A stretch of DNA of 64,000 bases, from contig JAKASQ010000002.1 of the NCBI GenBank assembly GCA_021828195.1, positions 91,920-155,919 of the forward strand, given 5' to 3'. Of the stretch, positions 47,157 to 56,477 are shown one piece after another; positions within the stretch are counted from its first letter, which is position 1, and each line of letters opens with the position of its first letter. The position numbers and the translations under genes are program-made. This stretch comes from Thermoplasmata archaeon (GTDB lineage: Archaea > Thermoplasmatota > Thermoplasmata > Lutacidiplasmatales > UBA184). The notes under the pieces were generated by a model. That model did not search any database. It had not been told where the DNA came from and saw only the letters and a program-made list of their open reading frames with translations.

Positions 47157-47816
47157 ATGTACTATCTAGACCACCGGTCCGACGTCGTCCGGATCCCTCC
47201 GGAGCGATTGGGGGCCCAACTGGAAGGCGTGCTCACCGAGCTCGCCCAGCAGCAGTTCGAGGGGAAGCTGGTCGACGGCCAAAATCTCACCGTGATCATC
47301 CGGGACGTCAAGCCCATGGGAGAGGGCCACATCATCCACGGGGACGGCGGCGTCTACCAGGAAGTGGAGTACCAGGCACTCCTCTTCCGACCCGAGATCC
47401 AGGAGGTCGTCGAGGGGGCCGTCGTGGAGATCCGCAAGTTCGGCGCGTTCGTACGATTCGGGCCACTCGATGGCCTGCTGCACGTCTCCCAGATCATGGA
47501 CGATCGCGTGAACATCGACGAACACAACCAGCGCCTGGTCGGGGTCGAGACCAAGCGAGACCTCAAGGTCGGCTACAAGGCCCGGGCTCGGGTCGTATCG
47601 CTCTCGCTCTCTGAGATCTCCCCGCGGGACAGCCGCATCGGGCTGACGATGCGCCAGCCGGGGCTTGGCCGGCTCGAGTGGATCCAAGACGCTCACAAGA
47701 AGACCGACGAGAAGAGCGGCAAGAAGCCCGCCAAGAAGGAAGCCACCAAGCCGTCGAGCACGGCGAAGCCGGCACCTGCAGCGGCCCCCGCTCCCCCGGC
47801 GGAGAAGGCGGCATGA
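47157..47816 (+). CDS. rpoE1: RNA polymerase subunit Rpo7 (RpoE')
   Basis: GDGGVY, PEIQEVVEG, FGAFVRFGPLDGLLHVSQIMDD, IGLTMRQPGLG. CTTATATC about 30 nt upstream. Confidence 0.95.
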   Translation: MYYLDHRSDVVRIPPERLGAQLEGVLTELAQQQFEGKLVDGQNLTVIIRDVKPMGEGHIIHGDGGVYQEVEYQALLFRPEIQEVVEGAVVEIRKFGAFVRFGPLDGLLHVSQIMDDRVNIDEHNQRLVGVETKRDLKVGYKARARVVSLSLSEISPRDSRIGLTMRQPGLGRLEWIQDAHKKTDEKSGKKPAKKEATKPSSTAKPAPAAAPAPPAEKAA

Positions 47817-47998
47817 TCAATCTCAAGGCGTGCAAGAGTTGCAGCTCGATCACCGAGCAGAACAAGTGCCCCCGATGCGGTGGCGAGGTCTCGCGGGAGT
47901 GGCAAGGGTATCTCATCGTGATCGATCCGGAGAAGTCGGAGATCGCGCGGAAGATGGGTATCCATGCCGCCGGGAAGTACGCCCTCCGCGTCAAGTGA
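47813..47998 (+). CDS. spt4: Transcription elongation factor Spt4 (RpoE'')
   Basis: KACKSC...CPRCG...WQGYLIVIDPEKSEIA...GKYALRV. Confidence 0.95.
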   Translation: MINLKACKSCSSITEQNKCPRCGGEVSREWQGYLIVIDPEKSEIARKMGIHAAGKYALRVK

Positions 47999-48521
47999 GG
48001 AGACCGCCTGGGCGGTTCCGGAATCGCTGAGACCGGATCTGGCCCGCCGCTATGCCCCGGTCTACTCTGGGGCCGAAGCCGATCGCGAGATGCGCCTACT
48101 GACCGACTTCTCGACGTGCGGAGACGTGGTCACGGCGAACGCGTTGCGGATCGGAAAGGTCCCGTTCATCGGGATCATCGACCACGTGACCCGCCGAGAC
48201 CGGCCGATGGCACCGGGGTTGCTCACTCCCCTCGCGATCCGAGGTCGACGCGTCGTTCGGAACCCCGCGGGAATGCTGACGCAGCGCCTACGCGATGCCG
48301 TCCGGGAGATGGTCGGCACCGGGGGAGGTCTGTTGGAAGTAGAGGGCGAGGAGGATCTCGCATCGCTCGCTCTCGTCGAATCTCTTCCCTCGGGGGCCAC
48401 GGTTATATACGGCATCCCGGGTGAGGGGGCCTCTTTCGTCCGCGTCAACGCGGCCTCGAAAGAGAACGTGCGCAAGCTCATCGACCGGATGGAACTCAGG
48501 AAGGTCCGCCTTGGAGATTAA
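47964..48521 (+). CDS. DUF359 family, GTP-dependent dephospho-CoA kinase
   Basis: PESLR, CGDVVT, IDHVTRR, NPAG, VEGEEDL, IYGIPGEG; conserved position after spt4. Start uncertain. Confidence 0.85.
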   Translation: MPPGSTPSASSEETAWAVPESLRPDLARRYAPVYSGAEADREMRLLTDFSTCGDVVTANALRIGKVPFIGIIDHVTRRDRPMAPGLLTPLAIRGRRVVRNPAGMLTQRLRDAVREMVGTGGGLLEVEGEEDLASLALVESLPSGATVIYGIPGEGASFVRVNAASKENVRKLIDRMELRKVRLGD

Positions 48522-48891
48522 GATCATCGAGCAGCACGCGAACCCGCTCCTCAAGCGGACCGAGTACCGCTTCGAGATCGATCATGCCACTGCCGCCACT
48601 CCCACCCGGGACGCGGTCCGGAGCGAACTCGCCAAGGCGCTCAGGGCCCCGAAGGAACGAGTGGTGATCGAACAGATGCATGCGAAGTTCGGCATTGCTC
48701 GCAGCCTCGGAGAGGCGATGGTCTACGACTCGACCGAGGCCGCGAAGGCGACCGCGCGCACCCACATCCTGGTTCGCAATGGGCTGGTCGAGAAGGCGTT
48801 GAAGACCCCCGCGGGGGCGACCCCCACCGCCTCTGAGCCCACGCCGGCGGAACCCGCCGCGGCCCCGGCCACGGCCCCGAAGGGGGCGTAG
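48511..48891 (+). CDS. rps24e: 30S ribosomal protein S24e
   Basis: NPLLKRTE, ATPTRDAVR, KFG. TTG start inferred. Confidence 0.92.
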   Translation: MEIKIIEQHANPLLKRTEYRFEIDHATAATPTRDAVRSELAKALRAPKERVVIEQMHAKFGIARSLGEAMVYDSTEAAKATARTHILVRNGLVEKALKTPAGATPTASEPTPAEPAAAPATAPKGA

Positions 48892-48896
48892 GCCGA

Positions 48897-49106
48897 ATGG
48901 CGAAGGCGCGGGTCGGGCTCTACCAGACGAAAGGCGAGACGCTTGAGCGCACCCACCAATCGTGCCCGAAATGCGGTCCGGGGATATTCCTCGCGGAGCA
49001 CGGCAACCGGCGCTCGTGCGGAAAGTGCGGCTACTCCGAGGCGAAGGCCGCCGGATCGAGCGCCCCAAAGGCCAAGCCGGTCAAGCCCAGCAAGCCGGGC
49101 GCCTGA
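48897..49106 (+). CDS. rps27ae: 30S ribosomal protein S27ae
   Basis: CPKCGPGIFLAEHGNRRSCGKCGY. Confidence 0.95.
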   Translation: MAKARVGLYQTKGETLERTHQSCPKCGPGIFLAEHGNRRSCGKCGYSEAKAAGSSAPKAKPVKPSKPGA

Positions 49107-49247
49107 ACTCCCACCCGGATCGAAGGGTCATTTGCCCCCGAAAGTCGGTCCGCGCCACGTGGACTGGACGCGACCGTTGGGCTCGAGATCCGGTGGTGCG
49201 AACATCGGGTTCCCCCGCCAGCCGCTCCGACCGGTCGACCGGTCGGC

Positions 49248-50090
49248 TTACTCGACCCGAAGGTACCGGGCGGCCACGAGGGTCCCAATCGCGGCCATAG
49301 CGGCCGCAAAGATCCCGACGTAGCCGAGATAGGTCCAGTCGGCCTGACCGTTGAGGATGATCCCTCGACCGAATTCGGCGGCGTACGTGACGGGATTGTA
49401 CGACGAGATCGTTTGCATCCAACCGGGGAAGTTGGCGGGAGGAAACAGTGCCCCGCTCGCGAACATCAGGGGCATCGTGATGAAGTTCGAGATGACGCCG
49501 GGCGTCTGCCAGTCAGTGCTCGACGCGGTGATCGCGAGGAACATACAGGAGAAGCCGAACCCGAGCAGGACGAGGGAAGCCGCCCAGCCAGCCCACATGA
49601 GCGCGTCCCCTGAGAATCGGACTCCGAAGGCGAGGCCGGCGATGACCATCACCGGTATCCCGACCATGCCTCGGGTGGTCGAGCCCAGGGCCTTGGCGAG
49701 GTAAACGGTGGCCTTCGACGTGGGAGTGATCAGGATGCGCTTCATGAAGCCGAACCGCTTGTCCTGGATGGTACTCATCGATCCGAACATGCCGATCGAG
49801 AGCATCGACGTGGCGAGTACCCCGGGGATGAGGAACTGCAGATAGCTTTGGATCTGGGTGTGCAGGAGCGCGTCCAGCTCCGATAGCGGAACGGTGCTGA
49901 AGCTACTCCCGAAGAAGGCGAGCCACATGAACGGCTGGGCGACCGTAATGGCGAGGACGAGGGGGTTACGGAACGTCTTCAGGATCTCGCGATAGTACAG
50001 CCCCGTGAACTGACGTCCCTGCGGAATCGTCGAGGAGGAGCTCGGCGCGGAGATCACGAACAGCTCGGCGGAGCGATCCTCCGCGTTCAT
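49248..50090 (-). CDS. ABC-2 type transporter permease
   Basis: Six TMs, FLIPGV, DKRFGFMKRILITP, FASGALFP, NPVTYA. Confidence 0.9.
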   Translation of the reverse strand: MNAEDRSAELFVISAPSSSSTIPQGRQFTGLYYREILKTFRNPLVLAITVAQPFMWLAFFGSSFSTVPLSELDALLHTQIQSYLQFLIPGVLATSMLSIGMFGSMSTIQDKRFGFMKRILITPTSKATVYLAKALGSTTRGMVGIPVMVIAGLAFGVRFSGDALMWAGWAASLVLLGFGFSCMFLAITASSTDWQTPGVISNFITMPLMFASGALFPPANFPGWMQTISSYNPVTYAAEFGRGIILNGQADWTYLGYVGIFAAAMAAIGTLVAARYLRVE

Positions 50091-51073
50091 GAGCGCGCCC
50101 GCCGCATCTGCGCATAGAACTTCCGGAAGTCCACGGGTCCTTCACTCTCCGACCCTCCTATCCGTCGCCCGGTCAGGTTCAGGAACACGGTTTCCAGGCT
50201 CGGCTTCTGAACGTTGATGGATCGGACGGTCTCGTCGTGCACCACCGCGAGGAGGGACGGGAGCACCTCCTCCGCGGAGGACACTCGAAGCAACCACGAC
50301 CTCCCCTGGCTACGTGCCGCCAGGACCCCGGGAATCGCCCGGAGCTGAGCCTCGTTCACCTCCTGCTTCGTCTCGATCTCGATGACGTCTGCGTTCTCGC
50401 TCTCCTTGAGCGCATCGGGAGTTCCCGAGGCGACGATCTTCCCCCGATCGATGATCGCGACGTTGTCGCACAAAGCGTCGGCCTCCTCGATGTAATGCGT
50501 GGTGAGGAGCACCGTGATTCCGAACTCTCGATGGACCCCCTGGATGAGTTCCCAGAGCATCTGTCGCGTCGCGGGGTCGAGGCCAATCGTCGGCTCGTCC
50601 ATGAAGATCACTTTCGGTTGGTGCAACAGCGCGAGGGCAATCTCCAGCTTCTTGCGCATGCCGGTCGAGAAGGTTCCGACCTTTTGCCTGCGGTAGGCCG
50701 TCAAATCGAAATAGTGAAGGAGCGTCTCCGCGCGGCCCTTCCAATAGTCGAGGCGTTGCAGTTGGGCCTGGAGCCAGAGATTCTCCGATGCCGACAGATC
50801 GTCGTCCAGGATGACCTCGGCAGCGACCCATCCGACATTCTGTTTGACATGCATCGGGTCCTTGTGGATGTCGAACCCGGCGACCGTAGCTTCCCCCTTG
50901 GTGATATCGCTCAGTCCGGTGAGCAGCTTGATGATCGTGGTCTTCCCCGCCCCGTTCGGCCCGAGCAACCCAAAGACCGTTCCGGCCGGCACGTCGAGAT
51001 CGACGTGGTCGACTGCCAAGAACGTGCCGTACCGCTTGGTTAACCCCCGCGTCCGGATCGCATCGGAGGGCAT
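50087..51073 (-). CDS. ABC transporter ATP-binding protein (DrrA-like exporter)
   Basis: GPNGAGKTT, FSTGMRKK, MDEPTIGLD, TTHYIEEA. Confidence 0.92.
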   Translation of the reverse strand: MPSDAIRTRGLTKRYGTFLAVDHVDLDVPAGTVFGLLGPNGAGKTTIIKLLTGLSDITKGEATVAGFDIHKDPMHVKQNVGWVAAEVILDDDLSASENLWLQAQLQRLDYWKGRAETLLHYFDLTAYRRQKVGTFSTGMRKKLEIALALLHQPKVIFMDEPTIGLDPATRQMLWELIQGVHREFGITVLLTTHYIEEADALCDNVAIIDRGKIVASGTPDALKESENADVIEIETKQEVNEAQLRAIPGVLAARSQGRSWLLRVSSAEEVLPSLLAVVHDETVRSINVQKPSLETVFLNLTGRRIGGSESEGPVDFRKFYAQMRRARS

Positions 51074-51517
51074 GGAGATCCTACGGTCGCCCGATCCGGC
51101 AGCGAATTCGCACGGGGTCGATTGCACCCCGAGAGCCCACCGTCGTGATCGACGAGAAGGTGAAGGATCGTGGACTGGCCGCGGTCATGGCCCATCCACT
51201 GGAAGTGCCTGGATAAGCGGCCCGTCGGGCCGAGTTGACCTACGCCGGTCCCGGCATGTCGGTGGACCCCGCTCGAAAGAGGATCCCCGGAACGCGAGGC
51301 CGCATCGCGCCCACGCGACGTCCGGATCTTCCGTGGAGAGAACCGGAACGGTGGCGATCTACGGGACACGGAGACCGGGCGTGTCGGCACCGACGGCGAG
51401 CAGTCCGACGATGCCCGGAGAATCGCACTTGGGTGGGCGAGCGGGGTGCCGGCGATGCCGACCCGGATCGTCGGGTGCTCCGGTCTATGAGGCGGCTCGA
51501 CCTACGGTAGAGAGAAC

Positions 51518-52036
51518 ATGAGTTCGCAGATTTCCGCGTTCCGGATACGGCGGGTTGGAAGCACCGAGGTCCGGAGCGTAGTTCCACTGTTCGATGCGTA
51601 CCGGCGGTTCTACCACCGAACGTCCGACCCACCTGCGGCCTATCGATACCTGAGAGAGCGCCTCGCTCGGGACCAGGCGATCATACTCTTGGCCCAGGAG
51701 AAGACGGAGGCGCTCGGGTTCGCCCTGATCTACCCAACGTTCTCCTCGCTCGCGTTGCGCCCTCTGTGGATCCTGAACGATCTCTATGTGCGCCCGGAGG
51801 CGCGTCGGGGAGGGATTGCGCGCCAACTGCTCGGTCGAGCGGAAGCCGAGGCCCGGGCCGCTCGCGCGGCCGGCCTGATTCTGGATACCGCTCGAGGGAA
51901 TCGAGCCGCTCAACGACTGTACTCCGCACACGGTTGGGTGCGAGATGAGAAGTTCCTCCACTACGAACTCGCCCTGGGGCCTTCGGAGCGCAGATCGTCA
52001 CCAGTGCAGCGGGCGGATCGGCGGGGTGCCCCTTAA
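51518..52036 (+). CDS. GNAT family N-acetyltransferase
   Basis: LFDAYRRFY, WILNDLYVRPEARRGG, NRAAQRLY. Confidence 0.88.
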   Translation: MSSQISAFRIRRVGSTEVRSVVPLFDAYRRFYHRTSDPPAAYRYLRERLARDQAIILLAQEKTEALGFALIYPTFSSLALRPLWILNDLYVRPEARRGGIARQLLGRAEAEARAARAAGLILDTARGNRAAQRLYSAHGWVRDEKFLHYELALGPSERRSSPVQRADRRGAP

Positions 52037-53295
52037 CCGGAACAGCCACTCACGGCGTAATCGTCGCCGTTGAACTCGGCGTAGCCAAAGTCCTCGTACA
52101 GATCGTATTCGGTCACGGTGACTTGATTGACCGGATCGTAAAAGACCACGAGGCCGGTAGCGCTATTGTAGGAGAGGATGACCGAGGGGCCAAGCATCTT
52201 GTGGAGGGAGGCGAGCGTCGCGGGGGAGATGGACGGGTTATCGACCTGACAGCCGGCAGCGGAAGTGCCGCCACCGCCCGGTGCCTGAAGTCGGACGACG
52301 GGGGCGACGGTGATGTGGCTCGACCCGACCACCGCTCCCACCAGAACCAGGGCGAGGGCACCCGCGGTAATGCGATAGCCGATCGGCCACCGCTCGGGGA
52401 GCGGTGCGGGTGCTCCGCGGTGCTTCGGTGAACGTCGAGCCGAGGCGGCCGGCCGGGCCACCGGGGCGATCACACCCATGGGGGAACGCCGCAGGACCAG
52501 CGCGAGGATGTTACCGATGAGGAGGGCCAGGAAGAGCGCCAAGCTGGGGAGCACCGTGGGCAAGAGAGCGGCGGCGACGCCGACGATGCCGGCGAAGAGG
52601 GGTTGCTCGTACGGCACCGCCGGCGAGCTCCGAGGTTCCACGACCATGTACAGGCCGAAGAACAGCGTCACCGGGTCGATCGTTTCCAAGAGGAGAACGT
52701 TCGGAGAAGTGGAGGCCCCGACGAGCACGTGCTGGACGAGGGTCAGGGCGGCGTACGCTGCGAAGAAGGTGACCGGGAGCCGCCACGCCCTCCAGTTCCG
52801 GGCCAGGAGGAGTGCACCGAGCAGTAGCATCGCGAATTCGCCCGAGGGGCCGATCGCCACCCACCAGGCCGGGGCGAGACCGAGGAGGAGCGCTCCGAGC
52901 AAAGCGCCGAACACCGCCGGGTTGAGCCAGGGCCGGCCACGGAAGCGCAGGACGTGCCGGACCGAAATAGCCGCGAACGCGGCCACCCCGGCGAGGAAGA
53001 GGGGCACGTTCGGCGGGAAGATCAGGGCCAGAAACAGGCCCGTCGCGATCGCCGCATCCGGAAATCTCAGGCGAGGGAATCGGACCCGCTGAAAGAAGAG
53101 GTCGGTAACGACGGCGACGATCGGCAGAACCACGAGGGAGGTGAGGCCGAGCCCGTTCAGATACTGGACTCCCAGGATACCGAGGACGACAAGGGAAATC
53201 CAAACGAGGCGGACCGGAGGGAACCTCGAGAGGAATCGACGGCCCGTCGCGGCTAGGGCCCGGCGTGGGTCGGCCGGTGCCAGCTCCGCGCTCAT
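52033..53295 (-). CDS. Stand-alone RnfD/NqrB-like membrane protein with C-terminal extracytoplasmic domain
   Basis: TGLFLALIFPP, WLNPAVFG and FFGLYMVVEPRSSP match RnfD/NqrB-family segments; about 10 TMs. GCTATATGC about 30 nt upstream. Confidence 0.68.
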   Translation of the reverse strand: MSAELAPADPRRALAATGRRFLSRFPPVRLVWISLVVLGILGVQYLNGLGLTSLVVLPIVAVVTDLFFQRVRFPRLRFPDAAIATGLFLALIFPPNVPLFLAGVAAFAAISVRHVLRFRGRPWLNPAVFGALLGALLLGLAPAWWVAIGPSGEFAMLLLGALLLARNWRAWRLPVTFFAAYAALTLVQHVLVGASTSPNVLLLETIDPVTLFFGLYMVVEPRSSPAVPYEQPLFAGIVGVAAALLPTVLPSLALFLALLIGNILALVLRRSPMGVIAPVARPAASARRSPKHRGAPAPLPERWPIGYRITAGALALVLVGAVVGSSHITVAPVVRLQAPGGGGTSAAGCQVDNPSISPATLASLHKMLGPSVILSYNSATGLVVFYDPVNQVTVTEYDLYEDFGYAEFNGDDYAVSGCSG

Positions 53296-53492
53296 CTGTC
53301 CTTGAGAACGGGGGGCCCGAGCATATAGCTTGACCCCGTCCCGACGGGGCAGGTCCGGCCCGGGGAAGGACCGGTCGACCGAACCCTCAGCCCTCGCGTC
53401 GGCCCTCTACGAATCCGCTGGCACGTCCGGTCCTTTCGTTCATCCGTAGAGTTCGCTTCGGTTCAATTGCCTCGAGTCCTTCACGGCCGAGG

Positions 53493-53510
53493 CGTGGTCC
53501 TTAAACCACG
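53493..53510 (+). promoter_or_regulatory. TATA-like element flanked by a perfect 6-bp inverted repeat
   Basis: CGTGGT-CCTTAA-ACCACG. Confidence 0.45.
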
Positions 53511-53621
53511 AACCGACTTCGGGCAAAGCCAGTAGGGGCTTTCGTGCTGGGCCGCCACGGAGAGGGAGGCTAGGCCGAGAGCAGGCAGCTCGCAACCACG
53601 ATAGTTTGACGATCGCACACT

Positions 53622-53695
53622 GGGCCCGTAGTATAGCTTGGATATCACGGGGGCCTCCGGAGCCTCAAACCCGGGTTCGAATCCCGGCGGGCCCG
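53622..53695 (+). tRNA. tRNA-Arg (CCG)
   Basis: GGGCCCG...GGGGC CTCCGGA GCCTC AAAC CCGGG TTCGAAT CCCGG CGGGCCC G. The D-stem is imperfect. Confidence 0.92.
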
Positions 53696-54132
53696 TCATC
53701 GTCCACCGAGCCGGGACGCCCTCGCGCTCTTGGTTCACTCCCCGGAGCCGTGGGACATCGGGTAGTCAAGCCGGGCTCACGGGCCGTACCGGCCGCCTCC
53801 CCCGGCCTCCGCTGGGCCGAGTACGAAGATGGCCGACGGCCGGCCGAACCTCAAGTGCGAGGTTAGCCTCCTCCAGGGCGATCGGAATCTCCTCCCTCGG
53901 GAATCCGTCCTTCATCTACGACAACTTCCTGGCCCCGCCGAGCTCTTCCATCACGATCCGACCGATGGGAATCATCAACACTCCGTGGGATCTCGTGGTG
54001 CGAAGAGTCGTTGGGGTCGGGATGTTCGCATGGGGCTACCGCAGTAGGATTCATCCTCGCCCGGCCCCGATCGTGGCCACGTCTCCCGCTCCGCGTGCGC
54101 TTCCCGGTACGCCCCGCGCGTAAGGACCGATA

Positions 54133-55434
54133 ATGGCCAACCACGCGCACGCGGAGTGGAACCCCCTGAGAGAGGTTCTGATCCACCGCCCTGGGATCGA
54201 GATGTTCTTCGGACTGATGGAACCGTACTCGTTCCTGTACGAACGCGCCTTCAGCATCGACGAAGCCGTCTACGAGCACAGCACGCTTGAGCATGCGCTC
54301 ACCGAGGCGGGAGTCCGCGTACGGCGACTCAAGCGGTTCGCTATCGAGGTCGGCGCCCGCCACCCGGAACTCGTGGAAGAGTTCCGGGCGCATGCCGAAG
54401 AGATCGTGCGCTACTCCGGCCCGAAAGAGATGGTCGCCCGATCGCGCCGTGCGTTCCGTCGCAATCTCGACTCCTTCGACGCCGAGACCCTGTTCAACAT
54501 TCTCCTCCTGCGGCCGTCGGTCGTCCTCCGTCGGCACCCCGGGACCCGGGTCATCCTGCCGAAGGTTGAACTCGACGGCCCGCTCGCCAACCTGTACTTC
54601 ATGCGCGATCAGCAGGCCCTCTCGGCGAAGGGGTTCATCCTCGGGCGCATGGCCAAACCCCAGCGGCACAACGAACCGCTTCTGACCGGCACGCTGTTGG
54701 GATCGGCCGGGATGACCATCGCTGGAAGGGTCCGCGCCCCCGGGACGTTCGAGGGCGGGGACTTCATGCCACTCGGCAGGTTCGCTCTGCTCGGAACGGG
54801 GGATCGGACGAATGCGAGCGGCGTCCGCCAGATCCTCGCGATGCCGCTCGGCGTCGACGAGATCGGCGTCGTCCACCAGCCGACGCATCCCGCGATCCCC
54901 GGTGACGATCCCGATCGAATGATCGACATGCATCTCGATACGTACTTCAACGTCCCCGGAGCGGGAATCGCAGTGGGCTCCGAAGTCCTGCTGCGCACCG
55001 CGCGGGTCGAGGTGTACTGCCGCAGGAGCCGCGGGCCGCTCGTCCGGGAGCCGAAGACCCGAACGCTGAGCGAGTATCTCGCGGAGAAGCGATTCGAGGT
55101 GCTCGCGCTCTCTACGCTCGAGCAGATGTCCTACGCGTCCAACTTCCTGTGCCTACGCGATCGGAAGATCCTGGCGGTCGAGGTCGAACCGGAGGTCGAC
55201 AGTGTCATGGAGGGCCTGTCGCAGGTGGCCCGGCGCAACCCCTATCGCTACCGGGCACTCTGGGGGCTCGTGCGGCAGGAACGCGAGGAGTTGCGGCACG
55301 GCGGATTCTTCCCGCACACCTCGCGGCTGCGTGACCGAGGGATCGAGATCGTTCCCCTCAACCTTCGCGCGATCACGGGCGGGTATGGGGGCGCTCATTG
55401 CATGACCTGCGTCACCCAGCGGGCCCCCTCGTGA
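54133..55434 (+). CDS. arcA: Arginine deiminase
   Basis: HAEWNPLREVLIHRPG, NLYFMRDQ, FEGGD, MHLDT, catalytic GGAHCMT. Confidence 0.9.
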   Translation: MANHAHAEWNPLREVLIHRPGIEMFFGLMEPYSFLYERAFSIDEAVYEHSTLEHALTEAGVRVRRLKRFAIEVGARHPELVEEFRAHAEEIVRYSGPKEMVARSRRAFRRNLDSFDAETLFNILLLRPSVVLRRHPGTRVILPKVELDGPLANLYFMRDQQALSAKGFILGRMAKPQRHNEPLLTGTLLGSAGMTIAGRVRAPGTFEGGDFMPLGRFALLGTGDRTNASGVRQILAMPLGVDEIGVVHQPTHPAIPGDDPDRMIDMHLDTYFNVPGAGIAVGSEVLLRTARVEVYCRRSRGPLVREPKTRTLSEYLAEKRFEVLALSTLEQMSYASNFLCLRDRKILAVEVEPEVDSVMEGLSQVARRNPYRYRALWGLVRQEREELRHGGFFPHTSRLRDRGIEIVPLNLRAITGGYGGAHCMTCVTQRAPS

Positions 55435-56429
55435 CGAACCCTCGCCCACGGCTAGAGCCCGGTCGCGCACCGGCCCAGTCGACCCGCCTGTTGGTCGCGC
55501 TCGGCGGCAACGCGATCCAACCCGCGCACGATCCGGGAACATGGGCCGAGGCCATGCGCCAGATGCGCCAGACCGCGAACGTGCTCGCGCGCGTCGCACG
55601 GCGGGGCCCCGAACTCATCGTGACCCACGGCAACGGTCCTCAGGTGGGGGACCTGATGCGAGAGGCCGAACTGGGGGCGAGCGAGGTGCCGGCACCGCCG
55701 ATGCATGTGCTCGGGGCCGAGACCCAAGGTCAGATCGGATACCTCATCGCGCAGGAGCTCAGCGCCGCGTTCCAACACGCTCGCGTCCCCCGCTGGGTGA
55801 TCCCGATCATCAGCCGGACCGAAGTGTCGGTGCGCGATCCGGCCTTCCGCTCGCCTACGAAGCCCGTCGGGCGCTTCTACTCCGCCCGCGAGGCCCGAGA
55901 GCTCCGCCGCCAACACGGTTGGACGATGCGCGAGGATCTCGGACGCGGAGGCTGGCGGCGGGTGGTGCCCTCTCCCCGACCGCTACGCTGGCTCGAGGGA
56001 GACGCGGTGCGAGCGATGTTCGCCGCCGATCTCGGTACCCAATGCGTCTTCGTTGTCTCCGGAGGAGGCGGGATCCCGGTTGTGCGCCGTCAGGGACACT
56101 GGGAGGGGGTCGATGCGGTCATCGACAAGGACCGGGCGGCTGCGCTCGTGGCTCACACCCTCGACGTGGACACCCTTGCGATCGTGACGGACGTTCCCGG
56201 CGCCGCCCTCGACTACCAGAGCGACCACCCCCGCTGGCTCGGGCGTGTGGCGCTCGACGAGCTCATCCGATACTGGAAGCGGGGAGAGTTCGCCGAGGGG
56301 AGCATGGGCCCGAAGGTCGAGGCCGGGATCCGGTTCCTGCGGAACGGCGGCCGCACCTTCCTCATCTCCGACATCCGATCGCTTCCCCGGGCGCTCGCCG
56401 GCCGTGCGGGCACGCGCGTCGAGCATTGA
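55431..56429 (+). CDS. arcC: Carbamate kinase
   Basis: VALGGNAI, THGNGPQVG, KPVGRFY, RRVVPSP, GGGGIPV, AVIDKD, GSMGPKV. GTGA overlap with arcA. Confidence 0.95.
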   Translation: MTNPRPRLEPGRAPAQSTRLLVALGGNAIQPAHDPGTWAEAMRQMRQTANVLARVARRGPELIVTHGNGPQVGDLMREAELGASEVPAPPMHVLGAETQGQIGYLIAQELSAAFQHARVPRWVIPIISRTEVSVRDPAFRSPTKPVGRFYSAREARELRRQHGWTMREDLGRGGWRRVVPSPRPLRWLEGDAVRAMFAADLGTQCVFVVSGGGGIPVVRRQGHWEGVDAVIDKDRAAALVAHTLDVDTLAIVTDVPGAALDYQSDHPRWLGRVALDELIRYWKRGEFAEGSMGPKVEAGIRFLRNGGRTFLISDIRSLPRALAGRAGTRVEH

Positions 56430-56477
56430 TGCCAGCCTGACGCAACTGGCATAATCCGCCCGGCGCTCCATCGGGAG

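Noticed and set aside
47964-48010. Programmed frameshift at the spt4-DUF359 junction
   Set aside because: The GTGA overlap is out of frame, but an in-frame ATG at 47964 explains the gene, and there is no slippery sequence.
52033-53295. Rnf/Nqr respiratory complex
   Set aside because: Only one subunit-like gene is present, with no partners in the window.
53300-53621. RNase P RNA, SRP RNA or a C/D or H/ACA guide RNA
   Set aside because: No GAGGAAAGUCC or SRP helix-8 motif and no clear RUGAUGA/CUGA boxes on either strand; the ACA near the tRNA has the wrong spacing.
53766-53975. Pyrrolysine-containing protein
   Set aside because: There are no pyl genes or tRNA-Pyl in the window and no recognisable homology; it is kept only as a low-interest finding.
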